Below, piece after piece: positions 48,164-58,872 of a stretch of DNA of 64,000 nucleotides (within the stretch, counting starts at the first letter, position 1; every line of letters starts with the position of its first letter). The stretch lies in NCBI GenBank assembly GCA_964642015.1, contig CAZXLF010000001.1, forward strand, positions 368,168 to 432,167, in the 5' to 3' direction. Origin of the DNA: an uncultured Planctomycetia bacterium. Its GTDB lineage: Bacteria > Omnitrophota > Gorgyraeia > 2-02-FULL-51-18. The translations under genes and the position numbers were made by a program. The notes under the pieces were generated by a model. It saw only the letters and a program-made list of their open reading frames with translations. It searched no databases and was not told where the DNA came from.

Positions 48164-49341
48164 GTTATGAATGGATGATCGCCAAACGGTATATCTGGTC
48201 GAAACGCCGGCATCCATTTGTCGGTGTTTTGAGCACGGTCTCTGTTTTGGGGATCACGGTCGGTGTGGCGGCATTGATCGTGGTGTTGGCCGTGATGAAC
48301 GGATTTGATCAGGATCTGAAAAATAGGATTATTGGTACGCATGCGCATCTAGTCATAGAGAAAGAAGGATTTTTCGATAATTATCAGGCCGTATTGGCGG
48401 ATCTTGGGAAGATCTACCCGATCAAAGGAGCCTCGCCGTTCGTGGAAGCGCAGGCACTGGTCCAAAAAGATGAATGGGCAACGGGTGTTTTAGTGAGAGG
48501 TCTTGACCGGCAGAAAGAAAAAAATGTCACCCAGTTCAGCAATTATCTGAAAGAAGGGGCTCTAACGGACCGCGAGGACAGTGTAGTTGTCGGGTCCGAA
48601 CTGGCGAAAAGATTCCGTATCGGAAAAGGCGATATGATATCCGTTCTTTCTCAGGATTCCAAAAAACCTGTGAAATTGCATGTAGACGGATTTTTTAATT
48701 CCGGCATGTATGAATACGATGCAAATCTTATTTTTATGAACCTAGGCGCTTCACAGCGTCTTTTTGGATTGGGGAATACGGTCAGCGGAATTTCAGTGTC
48801 TTTGGATAATGCGGAAAAAGCCGATGAGGCAAAAAGAAAGCTGCAAACATCCCTGAAGTTCCCTTATTACGTCCGGACTTGGATGGACATGAATAAAACG
48901 CTTTTTGGGGCGCTTAAGCTCGAAAAGATAGTGATGTTCCTTATTTTGGCACTTATCGTGCTGGTAGCTTGCTTGAATATTGCGGGGAGCTTGACGATCC
49001 TTGTGATGGATAAAACAAAGGATATCGGGGTATTGAGGTCGTTGGGGGCGGCACCGGTAAATTTGGTACGGATCTTTGCGTTTGATGGACTTCTTGTTGG
49101 ATTTACGGGCTCTACAGCCGGTCTTTTGATAGGAACAGGGTTGTGTTTGCTGTTGCGTCGGTATTCTTTTGTGGATCTTCCTAAGGAAATATACTACATG
49201 GACAAATTACCGGTTCAGATGAACCTTTGGGACACGCTTTCGATTCTTTCGGTTGCTTTGCTGCTCAGCTTTTTATCAGCACTTTATCCAGCGGCCATGG
49301 CGGGGCGTTTGGAGCCTGTGAAGGCGCTGCGTTATGAATGA
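48160..49341 (+). CDS. lolC: lipoprotein-releasing system permease (LolC/LolE, FtsX-like)
   Basis: MacB/FtsX topology with a large periplasmic loop. Followed by lolD. Confidence 0.85.
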   Translation: MSYEWMIAKRYIWSKRRHPFVGVLSTVSVLGITVGVAALIVVLAVMNGFDQDLKNRIIGTHAHLVIEKEGFFDNYQAVLADLGKIYPIKGASPFVEAQALVQKDEWATGVLVRGLDRQKEKNVTQFSNYLKEGALTDREDSVVVGSELAKRFRIGKGDMISVLSQDSKKPVKLHVDGFFNSGMYEYDANLIFMNLGASQRLFGLGNTVSGISVSLDNAEKADEAKRKLQTSLKFPYYVRTWMDMNKTLFGALKLEKIVMFLILALIVLVACLNIAGSLTILVMDKTKDIGVLRSLGAAPVNLVRIFAFDGLLVGFTGSTAGLLIGTGLCLLLRRYSFVDLPKEIYYMDKLPVQMNLWDTLSILSVALLLSFLSALYPAAMAGRLEPVKALRYE

Positions 49342-50065
49342 ATCGAAGTTATGCGAGGCTTCTCCAAAGTTAATTTCGCAGAAAAATGATGAAACAAGTA
49401 TTGAAGCTGTTGGTCTAAGCAAGGTATACTGGGATGGGGACCGAAGTTTAGAGATATTCAATGACATAAGATTTTCAGTAAAGGCGGGCGAAGGTGTCGC
49501 GATCCTTGGTCCATCGGGTTCTGGCAAGACGACTTTGTTGAACATTTTGTCTTGTTTGGATAAACCGAATACCGGAGAAGTAAGGCTGAACGGTGTTTTA
49601 GTGAACCGTCTCAGCGAAAAAGAAAAGGCTGAATTCCGCAATAAAAACATAGGATTTGTTTTCCAGTTTTATCATTTATTGTCGGAATTAACAGCGCTAG
49701 AAAATGTGATGCTGCCGGCGCTGATCAAAAAAAAGAACAGCTCGGCTTCGACGCTTCAGAGTAGGGCTGAGATTCTATTAAAAAGGGTCGGTCTCAGCGA
49801 GCGCATGCGGCATTTTCCGAGTGAATTATCCGGCGGAGAACAACAGCGTGTCGCCATTGCGCGCTCACTGATGAATGATCCTAAAATACTTTTTTGTGAC
49901 GAGCCGACTGGAAATCTTGATGCGCGGATAGGTTCCGAGATAGCCGAGCTTCTGCAGACGCTTTTTCGCGAAGAGGGTAAAACAGTATTGGTCGTGACGC
50001 ATGATGAAAGAATTGCTAGAATAGCTGATCGCGTGTGGGATATCGAAAAACGCGATTGGCGGTAA
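49334..50065 (+). CDS. lolD: lipoprotein-releasing system ATP-binding protein
   Basis: ABC ATPase with Walker A GPSGSGKTT, signature LSGGEQQR and Walker B ILFCDEPTGNLD. Confidence 0.85.
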   Translation: MNESKLCEASPKLISQKNDETSIEAVGLSKVYWDGDRSLEIFNDIRFSVKAGEGVAILGPSGSGKTTLLNILSCLDKPNTGEVRLNGVLVNRLSEKEKAEFRNKNIGFVFQFYHLLSELTALENVMLPALIKKKNSSASTLQSRAEILLKRVGLSERMRHFPSELSGGEQQRVAIARSLMNDPKILFCDEPTGNLDARIGSEIAELLQTLFREEGKTVLVVTHDERIARIADRVWDIEKRDWR

Positions 50066-50076
50066 CAGGAGACAAA

Positions 50077-50976
50077 ATGGGCCTCAAAATATATTTAGAC
50101 GGCAAATTGGTCGATAAAAATGAAGCGGTGGTCAGTGTATTCGATCACGGTCTATTGTATGGTGATGGCGTGTTCGAAGGCATCCGTTCTTATGACGGGC
50201 TTGTCTTCAAACTCAGCGAACATTTGGATAGGCTGTTTGAATCCGCACGCACATTGAAACTAGATATCCCCCTGACCAAAAAAGCTCTGCAGGAAGCTGT
50301 TGTTGAAACCCTAAAAGTCAATGGTCTCAAAGACGCTTATGTGCGCCTGGTTGTAACGCGCGGTGTGGGCGATCTTGGCCTAGACCCTAGAAAATGCGAA
50401 AAGGCATCGCTTTTTATTATCGCCGACAAAATAAGCCTGTATCCCAAGGAATATTATGAAAAGGGTCTTGAACTTGTGACAGTTGCCACGATCCGCAATC
50501 ATCCGGAAGCTTTGAATCCGCAGCTTAAAACTTTGAATTATTTGAATAATATTCTGGCAAAGATCGAAGCGACGAATGCCGGTGTTAATGAGGCGGTCCT
50601 TTTGAATGTGCAAGGTTATGTGACTGAATGCACCGGAGAGAATATTTTTTATGTGAAAGGTCAGTCGGTTGTGACGCCACCGACTTACGTCGGAATACTG
50701 AAAGGCATTACTCGTGATGTGGTGATGCGTTTGTCGGCGGAACTTGGTCTCGGCGTGGAAGAGCGTCCGTTCACACGGCATGATCTTTATATCGCTGACG
50801 AAGTTTTTCTGACCGGTACTGCGGCAGAGATCGTGCCTGTGGTCAATATTGATAAAAGGATCATTGGTTTAGGGCGTCCCGGAAAGATCACGCATAAACT
50901 GATGACCGAATTTAAAAAACTGACGTCAAAAGAAGGTGTTAGATACGAGGTGACTGCCGCTCATGCTGTGCGATGA
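50077..50976 (+). CDS. ilvE: branched-chain amino acid aminotransferase (class IV PLP enzyme)
   Basis: …VFDHGLLYGDGVFEGIRSY…, class IV fold. The internal ATG follows the lolD stop. Confidence 0.8.
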   Translation: MGLKIYLDGKLVDKNEAVVSVFDHGLLYGDGVFEGIRSYDGLVFKLSEHLDRLFESARTLKLDIPLTKKALQEAVVETLKVNGLKDAYVRLVVTRGVGDLGLDPRKCEKASLFIIADKISLYPKEYYEKGLELVTVATIRNHPEALNPQLKTLNYLNNILAKIEATNAGVNEAVLLNVQGYVTECTGENIFYVKGQSVVTPPTYVGILKGITRDVVMRLSAELGLGVEERPFTRHDLYIADEVFLTGTAAEIVPVVNIDKRIIGLGRPGKITHKLMTEFKKLTSKEGVRYEVTAAHAVR

Positions 50977-51493
50977 ATGTGGGAAGAATAAGGCTACGGT
51001 GCATTTGACGGAGATCGTCAACGAACAGATCACCAAGCTGAACCTTTGCGAATCCTGCGCAAAGGAAAAAGGTTCGGATGTTGAACAGCACTTTGGCATA
51101 TCAGACCTTTTAACCGCGTTGTCGGATGTTGAAACGCCTCCGCAGACCACTGTCGCAGGCGCTTCTTCGGTCAAGAGCAAGTGCCCGCATTGCGGATTAA
51201 CATACGAGGATTTTAAGAAGATCGGAAGACTTGGCTGCAGCGAATGCTACACGGTTTTTAAGGCGAGCCTTGCGCCGCTGCTAAAAAGAATACACGGATC
51301 CAACCAGCATTTAGGTAAAGTGCCTAACCCTGTTGTTGTGAAAGAGCAGAAAGTGCTGTCTAAGATCCACGAGGAACTCGAGGTAGCAAAGGCTGAACTG
51401 CAAAAGTCCATTAAGAAGGAAGAATTTGAAGAAGCGGCTGCGCTTCGTGACAAGATAAAATTTTTAGAGAAAAAGATCAAAGATACTAAATGA
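50963..51493 (+). CDS. mcsA: McsA-like protein (zinc-finger plus UVR-domain activator of McsB)
   Basis: N-terminal CxxC pairs (CDECG…CESC; CPHCG…CSEC) and a C-terminal UVR motif (EEFEEAAALRDKIKFLEKK). Located directly upstream of mcsB. Confidence 0.7.
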   Translation: MLCDECGKNKATVHLTEIVNEQITKLNLCESCAKEKGSDVEQHFGISDLLTALSDVETPPQTTVAGASSVKSKCPHCGLTYEDFKKIGRLGCSECYTVFKASLAPLLKRIHGSNQHLGKVPNPVVVKEQKVLSKIHEELEVAKAELQKSIKKEEFEEAAALRDKIKFLEKKIKDTK

Positions 51494-52542
51494 AAGTCGA
51501 TCATCTTTTGAAGCAGACCTGTGAATGGCTGAAGGGCACAGGACCTAATTCCGATATCGTGATGAGTTCACGAATCAGATTGGCGAGGAACCTTGAGAAA
51601 CTCCCTTTCTCCCATTGGGCGACTAAAAAACAGGAAAAAGACACGCTTGAGAATCTTGAACGGATCGTGTCGGGAGCGGAAATGCTTGTCAGCGGTCTTA
51701 ATGTCCGCATGAACGAAGTTGACGACGTGGATAAACAGTTCTTGCTGGAAAGACATCTGGTCAGCCGGGAACATATCGTTCATCCGGATTTCAAGTCGGT
51801 TCTGATCGGCGAGAAAGAAGTCATTAGTGTGATGATTAACGAAGAAGATCATTTGCGGATCCAGGTCATGCAATCTGGTTTCAATCTTCAGGAATGCTGG
51901 AGGATCGCCAGCCGTTTGGATGATTCGCTTCATAAGAGAGCAAAATTTGCGTTCAGCTCTGAATGGGGTTATCTGACGGCTTGTCCGACAAACACAGGGA
52001 CCGGTCTTCGCGCTTCGGTAATGTTGCACCTGCCGGCACTTGTGATGACAAAACAGATCAGCCGCGTGCTTCATGCGATCACAAAACTCGGCATGACCGC
52101 GCGCGGGCTTTACGGCGAGGGCACCGAAGCGGAGGGGAATTTTTTTCAGATATCGAATCAGATCACAATGGGATCCGCCGAAGAAGATATCATTGATAAT
52201 CTTGAACGCATCATCCGTCAGGTAACAGGGCACGAAGAGAACGCGCGCAAGACGTTGATGAAGCAGAACCGTGAAGTGCTTCAAGATAAGATCTGGCGCG
52301 CGAATGGCACTCTCCGCAGCGCGCATATCATCAACACCAAGGAAACGATGGGGCTTTTATCGATGGTCCGGCTCGGTGTGGATATCGGGCTCATCAATGA
52401 CATCGACCGCCGCGCGGTCAATGAACTTTTTATATTGACTCAACCCGCGCATCTTCAAAAGATCGAAGGGCGTCTTTTGAGTTCAGCACAACGGGATGTG
52501 AAAAGAGCAAATTTGATCCGCCGGCGTTTGGAAGGCCGGTAA
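51490..52542 (+). CDS. mcsB: protein arginine kinase McsB (ATP:guanido phosphotransferase family)
   Basis: Phosphagen-kinase-like catalytic domain (…CPTNTGTGLRASV…). Canonical position between mcsA and clpC. Confidence 0.85.
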   Translation: MKVDHLLKQTCEWLKGTGPNSDIVMSSRIRLARNLEKLPFSHWATKKQEKDTLENLERIVSGAEMLVSGLNVRMNEVDDVDKQFLLERHLVSREHIVHPDFKSVLIGEKEVISVMINEEDHLRIQVMQSGFNLQECWRIASRLDDSLHKRAKFAFSSEWGYLTACPTNTGTGLRASVMLHLPALVMTKQISRVLHAITKLGMTARGLYGEGTEAEGNFFQISNQITMGSAEEDIIDNLERIIRQVTGHEENARKTLMKQNREVLQDKIWRANGTLRSAHIINTKETMGLLSMVRLGVDIGLINDIDRRAVNELFILTQPAHLQKIEGRLLSSAQRDVKRANLIRRRLEGR

Positions 52543-52575
52543 AAATTTTAGACATAATTAACGGAGACAAAAACC

Positions 52576-55044
52576 ATGTTCAATAAATTTACCGAACGCG
52601 CTCGCAAAGTTATTTTATTGGCAAAGCAGGAAGCCAAACGTTTCAATCATGATTATATCGGTACCGAACATATTTTGTTGGGGCTTTTGAGGGAAGGCGA
52701 AGGGGTTGCAGCCGCGGTTTTACAAAGTCTCGGCATGAATTTGAATAATATCCGCCTCGAAGTGGAAAAACTTGTCCAGATCGGCCCAACGACGGTTGTT
52801 TCCGGGGACTTGCCTTTTACGCCAAAAGCAAAAAAAGTCATGGAACTTGCGATGGAAGAGGCGAGAACGCTTGGGCATAATTATATCGGCACGGAACACC
52901 TTTTGCTCGGTTTGATACGCGAAGGCGAGGGCGTCGCGAGTCAGGTTTTTATGAATATGGGTTTGGACCTTGAAAAAGTCCGCGAAGAAGTCATCAAGCT
53001 TCTGGGTTCCACTACTCCCGGATCTCAATTTAGTCAACCGCCGGCATCGGGCGGCGGAAGCGGCCCGGTTTCAAAGACCAAAACGCCGGCATTGGATGCA
53101 TTTGGCCGCGATCTGACAAAATTGGCTAAGGAAGGCAAACTTGATCCCGTGATCGGCCGCGAAGACGAAATAGACCGCGTGATGCAGACGCTGTCACGCC
53201 GCAGAAAAAATAATCCTGTTCTTTTAGGGGAAGCCGGTGTCGGCAAGTCCGCGATCGTTGAAGGTTTGGCTCAGAAGATCATCAGCGGTGACGTGCCTGA
53301 GATCCTGAAGAATAAACGTGTGATCACGCTTGATCTTGCGCTGATGGTGGCGGGAACAAAATACCGCGGTCAGTTCGAAGAAAGGATCAAGGCGGTGATG
53401 GATGAGATCAAGCGCACCGAAAATATCATCATGTTCGTCGATGAGCTTCACACGCTTGTAGGAGCGGGCGGAGCCGAGGGCGCGATCGACGCCTCGAATA
53501 TTTTAAAACCGGCACTTGCGCGAGGAGAGATCCAATGCATTGGAGCGACAACGCTAGACGAGTACCGCAAATACATTGAAAAAGATTCAGCGCTTGAACG
53601 CCGCTTCCAGACGATCATGGTCGATCCGCCTTCGGTGGAAGAGACGATCCTGATCTTGCGCGGCCTGCGGGATAAATATGAGGCTCACCATAAGATAAAG
53701 ATCCTAGATGCAGCGTTAGAAGCTGCGGCGAAACTGTCGGACCGATACATTGCCGGACGCTTTTTGCCTGACAAGGCGATCGATGTGATCGATGAGGCCG
53801 GTGCGCACGCACGCCTGTCCACACACACGGCTCCGGCGGAAGTAAAAGAGCTTGAGAAAAAATTGGAACTTCTGAAACGCGAGAAGGAAGATACGATCAA
53901 GGATCAAGATTTTGAAAAAGCAGCGGCTTTAAGGGATCAGGAAAGGGAGTTGAGGCGTTTGGTCGATAAAACCAAAAAAGAATGGATGGAGTCAAGATCC
54001 TCTGTTGAGCTTGAGATCGGAGAAGATGAGATCGCCAAGATCATTTCCAAATCAACGGGCATTCCCATTTCCCGGCTTGAAGAAAAGGAAACGTCGCGTT
54101 TATTAAGGATAGAAGATGAACTGCGAAATCGTGTGGTTGGCCAGGAAGAAGCGATCGCGACGATTGCACAGGCAGTTCGACGATCTCGCGCAGGCTTAAA
54201 GGATCCGCGCCGTCCGATCGGGTCATTCATCTTCTTGGGTCCCACCGGTGTAGGAAAAACGCTTTTGGCGCGTGCGTTAGCTGAATTTATGTTCAATGAC
54301 GAAAACGCACTGATCACATTTGATATGTCGGAATATATGGAGAAATTCAATGTTTCACGTTTAGTCGGCGCTCCTCCGGGCTATGTGGGCTACGAAGAGG
54401 GTGGTCAGCTGACAGAGCGGGTAAGGCGTCGACCTTATTGCATTGTGCTTTTGGATGAGATCGAAAAAGCGCATCCGGATGTGTTTAATATGCTGCTTCA
54501 AGTTCTCGAAGAAGGGCGTCTTACGGATTCGTTGGGACGAAAAGTCGATTTCAGGAACGTGCTGTTGATTATGACCTCCAATATCGGAGCTGATCTTTTG
54601 AAAAAGCAGGGCAGTATCGGATTCAAAGCGCAGGAATTTTCAACCGATTACAAAGATATGAAATACCGGCTTCTTGAAGAGGTCAAAAAGACGTTCAAAC
54701 CGGAATTCATCAATCGCGTTGACGACATTGTTGTCTTCCAGAAATTGACAAAGGAAGATCTGTACAAGATCATTGACATCGAGATCGATCATCTGAGAAA
54801 GCGGTTGAGCGAGAGAGATATTGAGATACAACTCGATCAAAAAGCCAAAGATTTCTTGATCACCAAGGGTTTTGATCTGATGTACGGAGCGCGTCCATTG
54901 AGACGCACGCTTCAGAGATATTTGGAAGACCCGCTTGCCGAAGAAATAATCTCAAAAAAGATCAAACCTAACGAAATTATTCACGTTTCAGTGAAGGACG
55001 ATGATCATTTGATCTTTGAACAGGGTGCGAATATCAGGTCTTAA
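52576..55044 (+). CDS. clpC: ATP-dependent Clp protease ATP-binding subunit ClpC
   Basis: Double Clp_N repeats, AAA1 (GEAGVGKSA), a middle UVR motif ([14 protein letters not shown]), AAA2 (GPTGVGKT) and the ClpB_D2-small domain. Confidence 0.95.
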   Translation: MFNKFTERARKVILLAKQEAKRFNHDYIGTEHILLGLLREGEGVAAAVLQSLGMNLNNIRLEVEKLVQIGPTTVVSGDLPFTPKAKKVMELAMEEARTLGHNYIGTEHLLLGLIREGEGVASQVFMNMGLDLEKVREEVIKLLGSTTPGSQFSQPPASGGGSGPVSKTKTPALDAFGRDLTKLAKEGKLDPVIGREDEIDRVMQTLSRRRKNNPVLLGEAGVGKSAIVEGLAQKIISGDVPEILKNKRVITLDLALMVAGTKYRGQFEERIKAVMDEIKRTENIIMFVDELHTLVGAGGAEGAIDASNILKPALARGEIQCIGATTLDEYRKYIEKDSALERRFQTIMVDPPSVEETILILRGLRDKYEAHHKIKILDAALEAAAKLSDRYIAGRFLPDKAIDVIDEAGAHARLSTHTAPAEVKELEKKLELLKREKEDTIKDQDFEKAAALRDQERELRRLVDKTKKEWMESRSSVELEIGEDEIAKIISKSTGIPISRLEEKETSRLLRIEDELRNRVVGQEEAIATIAQAVRRSRAGLKDPRRPIGSFIFLGPTGVGKTLLARALAEFMFNDENALITFDMSEYMEKFNVSRLVGAPPGYVGYEEGGQLTERVRRRPYCIVLLDEIEKAHPDVFNMLLQVLEEGRLTDSLGRKVDFRNVLLIMTSNIGADLLKKQGSIGFKAQEFSTDYKDMKYRLLEEVKKTFKPEFINRVDDIVVFQKLTKEDLYKIIDIEIDHLRKRLSERDIEIQLDQKAKDFLITKGFDLMYGARPLRRTLQRYLEDPLAEEIISKKIKPNEIIHVSVKDDDHLIFEQGANIRS

Positions 55045-55078
55045 GCTTTTGCGCTAAAGACCATTTGAGAGCTTCTCA

Positions 55079-56521
55079 ATGAAGATCGCCTTGGATATTA
55101 AGAAGGTCAAGCTTCGCACGGCCATCAGGATACTACTGGTCGCCCTGCTGATTGGTACGATATTTTTGGTCAATCACCGCAAGGATGTTTTTCTGAAAGA
55201 TTGCACGCAGTTACTGGAATCATCTTTGAGCCATGGGACCGATTACAAAGTTCATATTGGTAAGATCAGCGGCCGGTTACTGGGATCTGTCAGTTTCAGG
55301 GATATTTATGTTGAGGCGCCTTGGATGCCAGAAGGTGATGAATCCGTATTTCGCGCCGATGAGATCAGGTTCAATTATTATTGGCTCGATTTTTTCGCCA
55401 AAAATCCCAATTCCAAAATCGAGATTGTTGTGACCAAACCGGTGGTTTATTGGCATCCGAGCGTTGGGTTAAAGAAACCGGAATTTGCTGTATTCCGATG
55501 GGTCCGTGAATGGGCTGTTTCGCAGAGAAACCGATTTGTAATACGGCTTAAATCGATGACGTTGGTGCTTGGTTACCAGAAAAAGGAATTCAAAGGCATC
55601 AATATCAGTTATGCCGATAAAGTTTTACAGGCTGAGATCCCTTTTAGTCATCTCAAGATCGGCAGCTCGGATCTTTCTTCAGTGGTGAAGCTTGAGGGAC
55701 GTTTTAAATCCGGGCATTCCATGGCGGAAGATATCATCGTGGGTGAGATTACTACCGAAGGTACGGTGGTTAATTGGAAGCCGGTGGCTGAAGAAGCAAA
55801 GCTCGATTTTGAATTGTCCAGCGATAAATTTCGTGTGAGCAGTGTGAGCTTTTTGGGTGGCGCTGACGTTGCCGGCACGATCGAAACCGGAAATGACTAT
55901 AATATGGACTTTACTTTGAAAGCGCAAAATTATCCTTTGGCAAATGTTGCCGTTTTTTTTGGGTTTGAGAAGGCTGCCATGTCGCACGGCCGTATGGATA
56001 CCGTCACTCATCTTCATGGGAATATTTTGGCGCCCAGCATCGAAAGCCGGTGGAGAATTTACGAAGGGTGGTTGGGTAAACAGGCTTTCAAGGCTATGGA
56101 TGTGAGCGTTGAAGGCGTTTATCCCACTGTGCGTATTACGGATTCCAGAATACTTTTGGATGACGGATCGTCGATGCGCATTGCCGACAAGACTTTGGAA
56201 GTCAATGAGCTTTTTAAGGAAAAGACTTACAAAGCACTTGTTTCCGAAGCCGAACAGGATAAGGTGGTGTGGGGAGATTGGGAACTGAGCCGCCAGAATG
56301 GTAACGATGAGCGTCCCGAATTTATGATGCAAAGAAGTTTGGGAGACAATGCCAATGTTCATTTTACAAAATACAGCACAACTGACAAACCGCTTGAGAG
56401 CCGGGAAGGAAAGAACATGGAAGTAGGTTTTGAGTACAGACTTCGCGCGAAAGACTCGCTTAAATTCGAATTAAAAGACGACGAAGAATTCGTGGGGGTT
56501 GAAAGGAAGATGAAGTTCTAA
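55079..56521 (+). CDS. membrane-anchored periplasmic protein, beta-rich (possible AsmA/TamB-like), hypothetical
   Basis: One N-terminal TM (AIRILLVALLIGTIFLV) followed by about 450 aa without a recognisable catalytic motif. Its stop is adjacent to the mlaE start (TAATG), so it is probably co-transcribed with mlaEFD. Confidence 0.5.
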   Translation: MKIALDIKKVKLRTAIRILLVALLIGTIFLVNHRKDVFLKDCTQLLESSLSHGTDYKVHIGKISGRLLGSVSFRDIYVEAPWMPEGDESVFRADEIRFNYYWLDFFAKNPNSKIEIVVTKPVVYWHPSVGLKKPEFAVFRWVREWAVSQRNRFVIRLKSMTLVLGYQKKEFKGINISYADKVLQAEIPFSHLKIGSSDLSSVVKLEGRFKSGHSMAEDIIVGEITTEGTVVNWKPVAEEAKLDFELSSDKFRVSSVSFLGGADVAGTIETGNDYNMDFTLKAQNYPLANVAVFFGFEKAAMSHGRMDTVTHLHGNILAPSIESRWRIYEGWLGKQAFKAMDVSVEGVYPTVRITDSRILLDDGSSMRIADKTLEVNELFKEKTYKALVSEAEQDKVVWGDWELSRQNGNDERPEFMMQRSLGDNANVHFTKYSTTDKPLESREGKNMEVGFEYRLRAKDSLKFELKDDEEFVGVERKMKF

Positions 56522-57300
56522 TGAAGAATGTGATTACCGGCTTCGGAAATTATTCGGTTCGGTTCGCCGAGTACCTCGGCGGCGCATTTTCTTTGTTCAT
56601 TCAGACATTATTTTGGATTGCGGTCCCACCGTTCAAAGCCAAGCATATTTATGAGCAGATGACGAAGATCGGTGTTGACTCCTTACCCATTTCCACGCTG
56701 ACAAGCTTCTTCATAGGTGTCGTGCTGGCATTTCAGAGCGCGTATCAGATGAAGAAGGTCGGAGCGCTGATGTATATTCCAAGCCTTGTTTCGGTTTCCA
56801 TGGCTCGCGAGATCGGTCCGGTGATTACGGCGTTGGTCGTTGCTGGCCGCGTCGGCGCGTCGATCGCCGCCGAACTTGGCAGTATGAAAGTGACGGAACA
56901 AATAGACGCTTTGGAAGCGCTGGCAACGAATCCCGTGAAGTATCTTGTAGCACCGCGATTCTTAGCATTATTTACGATGTTGCCGCTTTTGACGGTATAT
57001 GCGGATATTGTAGGGATTTTTGGAGGGTATTGTGTATCAGTATACAAATTAGGATTATCCCATACACTGTATCTCAAGATGAGCTTTGATCCGCTGGTTT
57101 TAAAGGATATTTTTACAGGTCTTTTTAAGACGCTGATTTTTGCCTCGATCATCTGTATTATTTCGTGTTTCGAGGGAATGAAGGTTTCCGGTGGTGCTGA
57201 GGGCGTGGGTGCGGCCACGACAAAAGCGGTCGTGACCTCATTTATTTTGATCATCGCATCCGACGCGCTGTTCACTATGATATTTTATTTTATTACTTGA
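56521..57300 (+). CDS. mlaE: phospholipid ABC transporter permease MlaE
   Basis: YrbE/MlaE permease pattern (…EQIDALEALATNP…). Confidence 0.85.
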   Translation: MKNVITGFGNYSVRFAEYLGGAFSLFIQTLFWIAVPPFKAKHIYEQMTKIGVDSLPISTLTSFFIGVVLAFQSAYQMKKVGALMYIPSLVSVSMAREIGPVITALVVAGRVGASIAAELGSMKVTEQIDALEALATNPVKYLVAPRFLALFTMLPLLTVYADIVGIFGGYCVSVYKLGLSHTLYLKMSFDPLVLKDIFTGLFKTLIFASIICIISCFEGMKVSGGAEGVGAATTKAVVTSFILIIASDALFTMIFYFIT

Positions 57301-57301
57301 T

Positions 57302-58090
57302 GTGGATATGATCGAAGCTCGTCGCCTTGTAAAAGCGTTCAACAGCCATGTGGTTTTGGATAAATTGACTTTGAGCGTCAACAAAGGCGAAACACTTGTG
57401 ATCATCGGCCGGTCGGGCTGCGGAAAGAGCGTTTTTTTGAAACATTTGATGGGTATTGTTAAACCGGATAGCGGGGAAATATTGATCGATGGTGTAGATG
57501 TATCCGCTTTGTCTGCAAAACAGCTAAATGAGCTTCGGTTGCGTTTTGGGATGTTGTTCCAGGGTTCGGCGTTATTCGATTCGATGACGATCGGAGAGAA
57601 TGTCGGCTTTTCTCTCATAGAACATACAAATATGAGCCAGGCTGCGATAAACGAGCGCGCTGAAGAATCGTTGGATCTTGTCGGTTTGAAAGGTATTTCT
57701 GCTTTGAAACCTTCGGAGCTTTCGGGAGGAATGAAAAAACGCGCTGCTCTTGCGCGTGCGATATGCATGCGTCCCGAGATTTTGTTGTATGACGAACCGA
57801 CGACTGGACTTGATCCGATCATGGCCGATGCGATCAACGATCTGATCATCGAGATGCACGACAAACTGAACGTCACATCGATCGTTGTGACGCACGACAT
57901 GACGAGCGCCTACAAGATCGCGACACGCATCGCGATGATGTATCTCGGGAAGATTATTCAGATCGGGTCTCCGGAGGAGATCCGTAATTCGAAGGATCCT
58001 GTGGTTCAGCAATTCATTACTGGCTCTGCTTCGGGTCCGATCACGGATGCCCAATTCAAGAGTTTTGATCAAATACAAGGAGAAAGTTGA
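57302..58090 (+). CDS. mlaF: phospholipid ABC transporter ATP-binding protein MlaF
   Basis: Walker A GRSGCGKS, signature LSGGMKKR and Walker B LLYDEPTTGLD. Confidence 0.85.
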   Translation: MDMIEARRLVKAFNSHVVLDKLTLSVNKGETLVIIGRSGCGKSVFLKHLMGIVKPDSGEILIDGVDVSALSAKQLNELRLRFGMLFQGSALFDSMTIGENVGFSLIEHTNMSQAAINERAEESLDLVGLKGISALKPSELSGGMKKRAALARAICMRPEILLYDEPTTGLDPIMADAINDLIIEMHDKLNVTSIVVTHDMTSAYKIATRIAMMYLGKIIQIGSPEEIRNSKDPVVQQFITGSASGPITDAQFKSFDQIQGES

Positions 58091-58827
58091 TCATGAAGAA
58101 GGTAAGCCTTGAATTCAAGTTGGGCATTTTTGTTTTTTTTGCTCTGTGTATATTGATTTTTATGGTTTTCAAGGCCGGAGACTTTTATATGAAGCCGGGC
58201 TATACGGTACGTTTGGTATTTGATTTTGTAAGCGGTGTTGACAAAGGTTCGGTCGTGCGCTTAGCTGGCGTCAATGTCGGTGAAGTGACAGAAATCCATA
58301 TTTTCCGTAACGCTCAAGGGGTTACGCAAGCTGAGGTGATGGCTCGTATCGATCAGGGTATTACGATCGAAGAAGACGCGGATGTTCGTATTAACACTTT
58401 GGGATTACTGGGTGAAAAATATGTGGAGATCCTTCCCGGTTCGGTGGGCGCTAAACACCTGACCGATAAAAGCACGCTTGTCGGAAAAACGCCGGTGCTT
58501 TTGGAAAAAATAACCGAATCAGGCAATCGCCTTATTAACAAAATCGAGCGTACGGTCGATAATATCAACGAAGTCGTCGGCGACCCAAAATTCAAGGAGT
58601 CGGTGAAAAATACTTTTGGCAACGCCGAAAAAGTGACGTCAAATCTGGAATCGACAACCGATGATCTCAAAGATGCCGCAAAGTCTGCCCGGATCGTTTT
58701 GGCTCGCTTGCGTGACGGAGAGGGAAGCATTGGCAGGCTTTTGAAGAGCGATCAAGCGGCCAAGGATCTGGAAGATTTTGTGAAAGAGATCAAGGCTCAT
58801 CCGTGGAAATTGCTGAAAAGAGATTGA
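58087..58827 (+). CDS. mlaD: MCE-domain protein MlaD
   Basis: N-terminal TM followed by an MCE domain (…VRLAGVNVGEVTEI…). Confidence 0.8.
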   Translation: MIMKKVSLEFKLGIFVFFALCILIFMVFKAGDFYMKPGYTVRLVFDFVSGVDKGSVVRLAGVNVGEVTEIHIFRNAQGVTQAEVMARIDQGITIEEDADVRINTLGLLGEKYVEILPGSVGAKHLTDKSTLVGKTPVLLEKITESGNRLINKIERTVDNINEVVGDPKFKESVKNTFGNAEKVTSNLESTTDDLKDAAKSARIVLARLRDGEGSIGRLLKSDQAAKDLEDFVKEIKAHPWKLLKRD

Positions 58828-58872
58828 TTTGACGGCTGTATTTTTTAAAACGGGGATTGAGGAATAACCGAA

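Noticed and set aside
51568-52326. 252-aa minus-strand ORF
   Set aside because: It lies entirely antisense to the well-supported mcsB. It has an Arg/His-rich composition typical of shadow ORFs and no RBS.
55679-56362. 227-aa minus-strand ORF
   Set aside because: It is antisense to the 480-aa hypothetical gene, which is co-directional with and translationally coupled to mlaE. A shadow-frame composition.
57238-57900. 220-aa minus-strand ORF
   Set aside because: It is antisense to mlaF, whose ABC ATPase motifs are unambiguous on the + strand.
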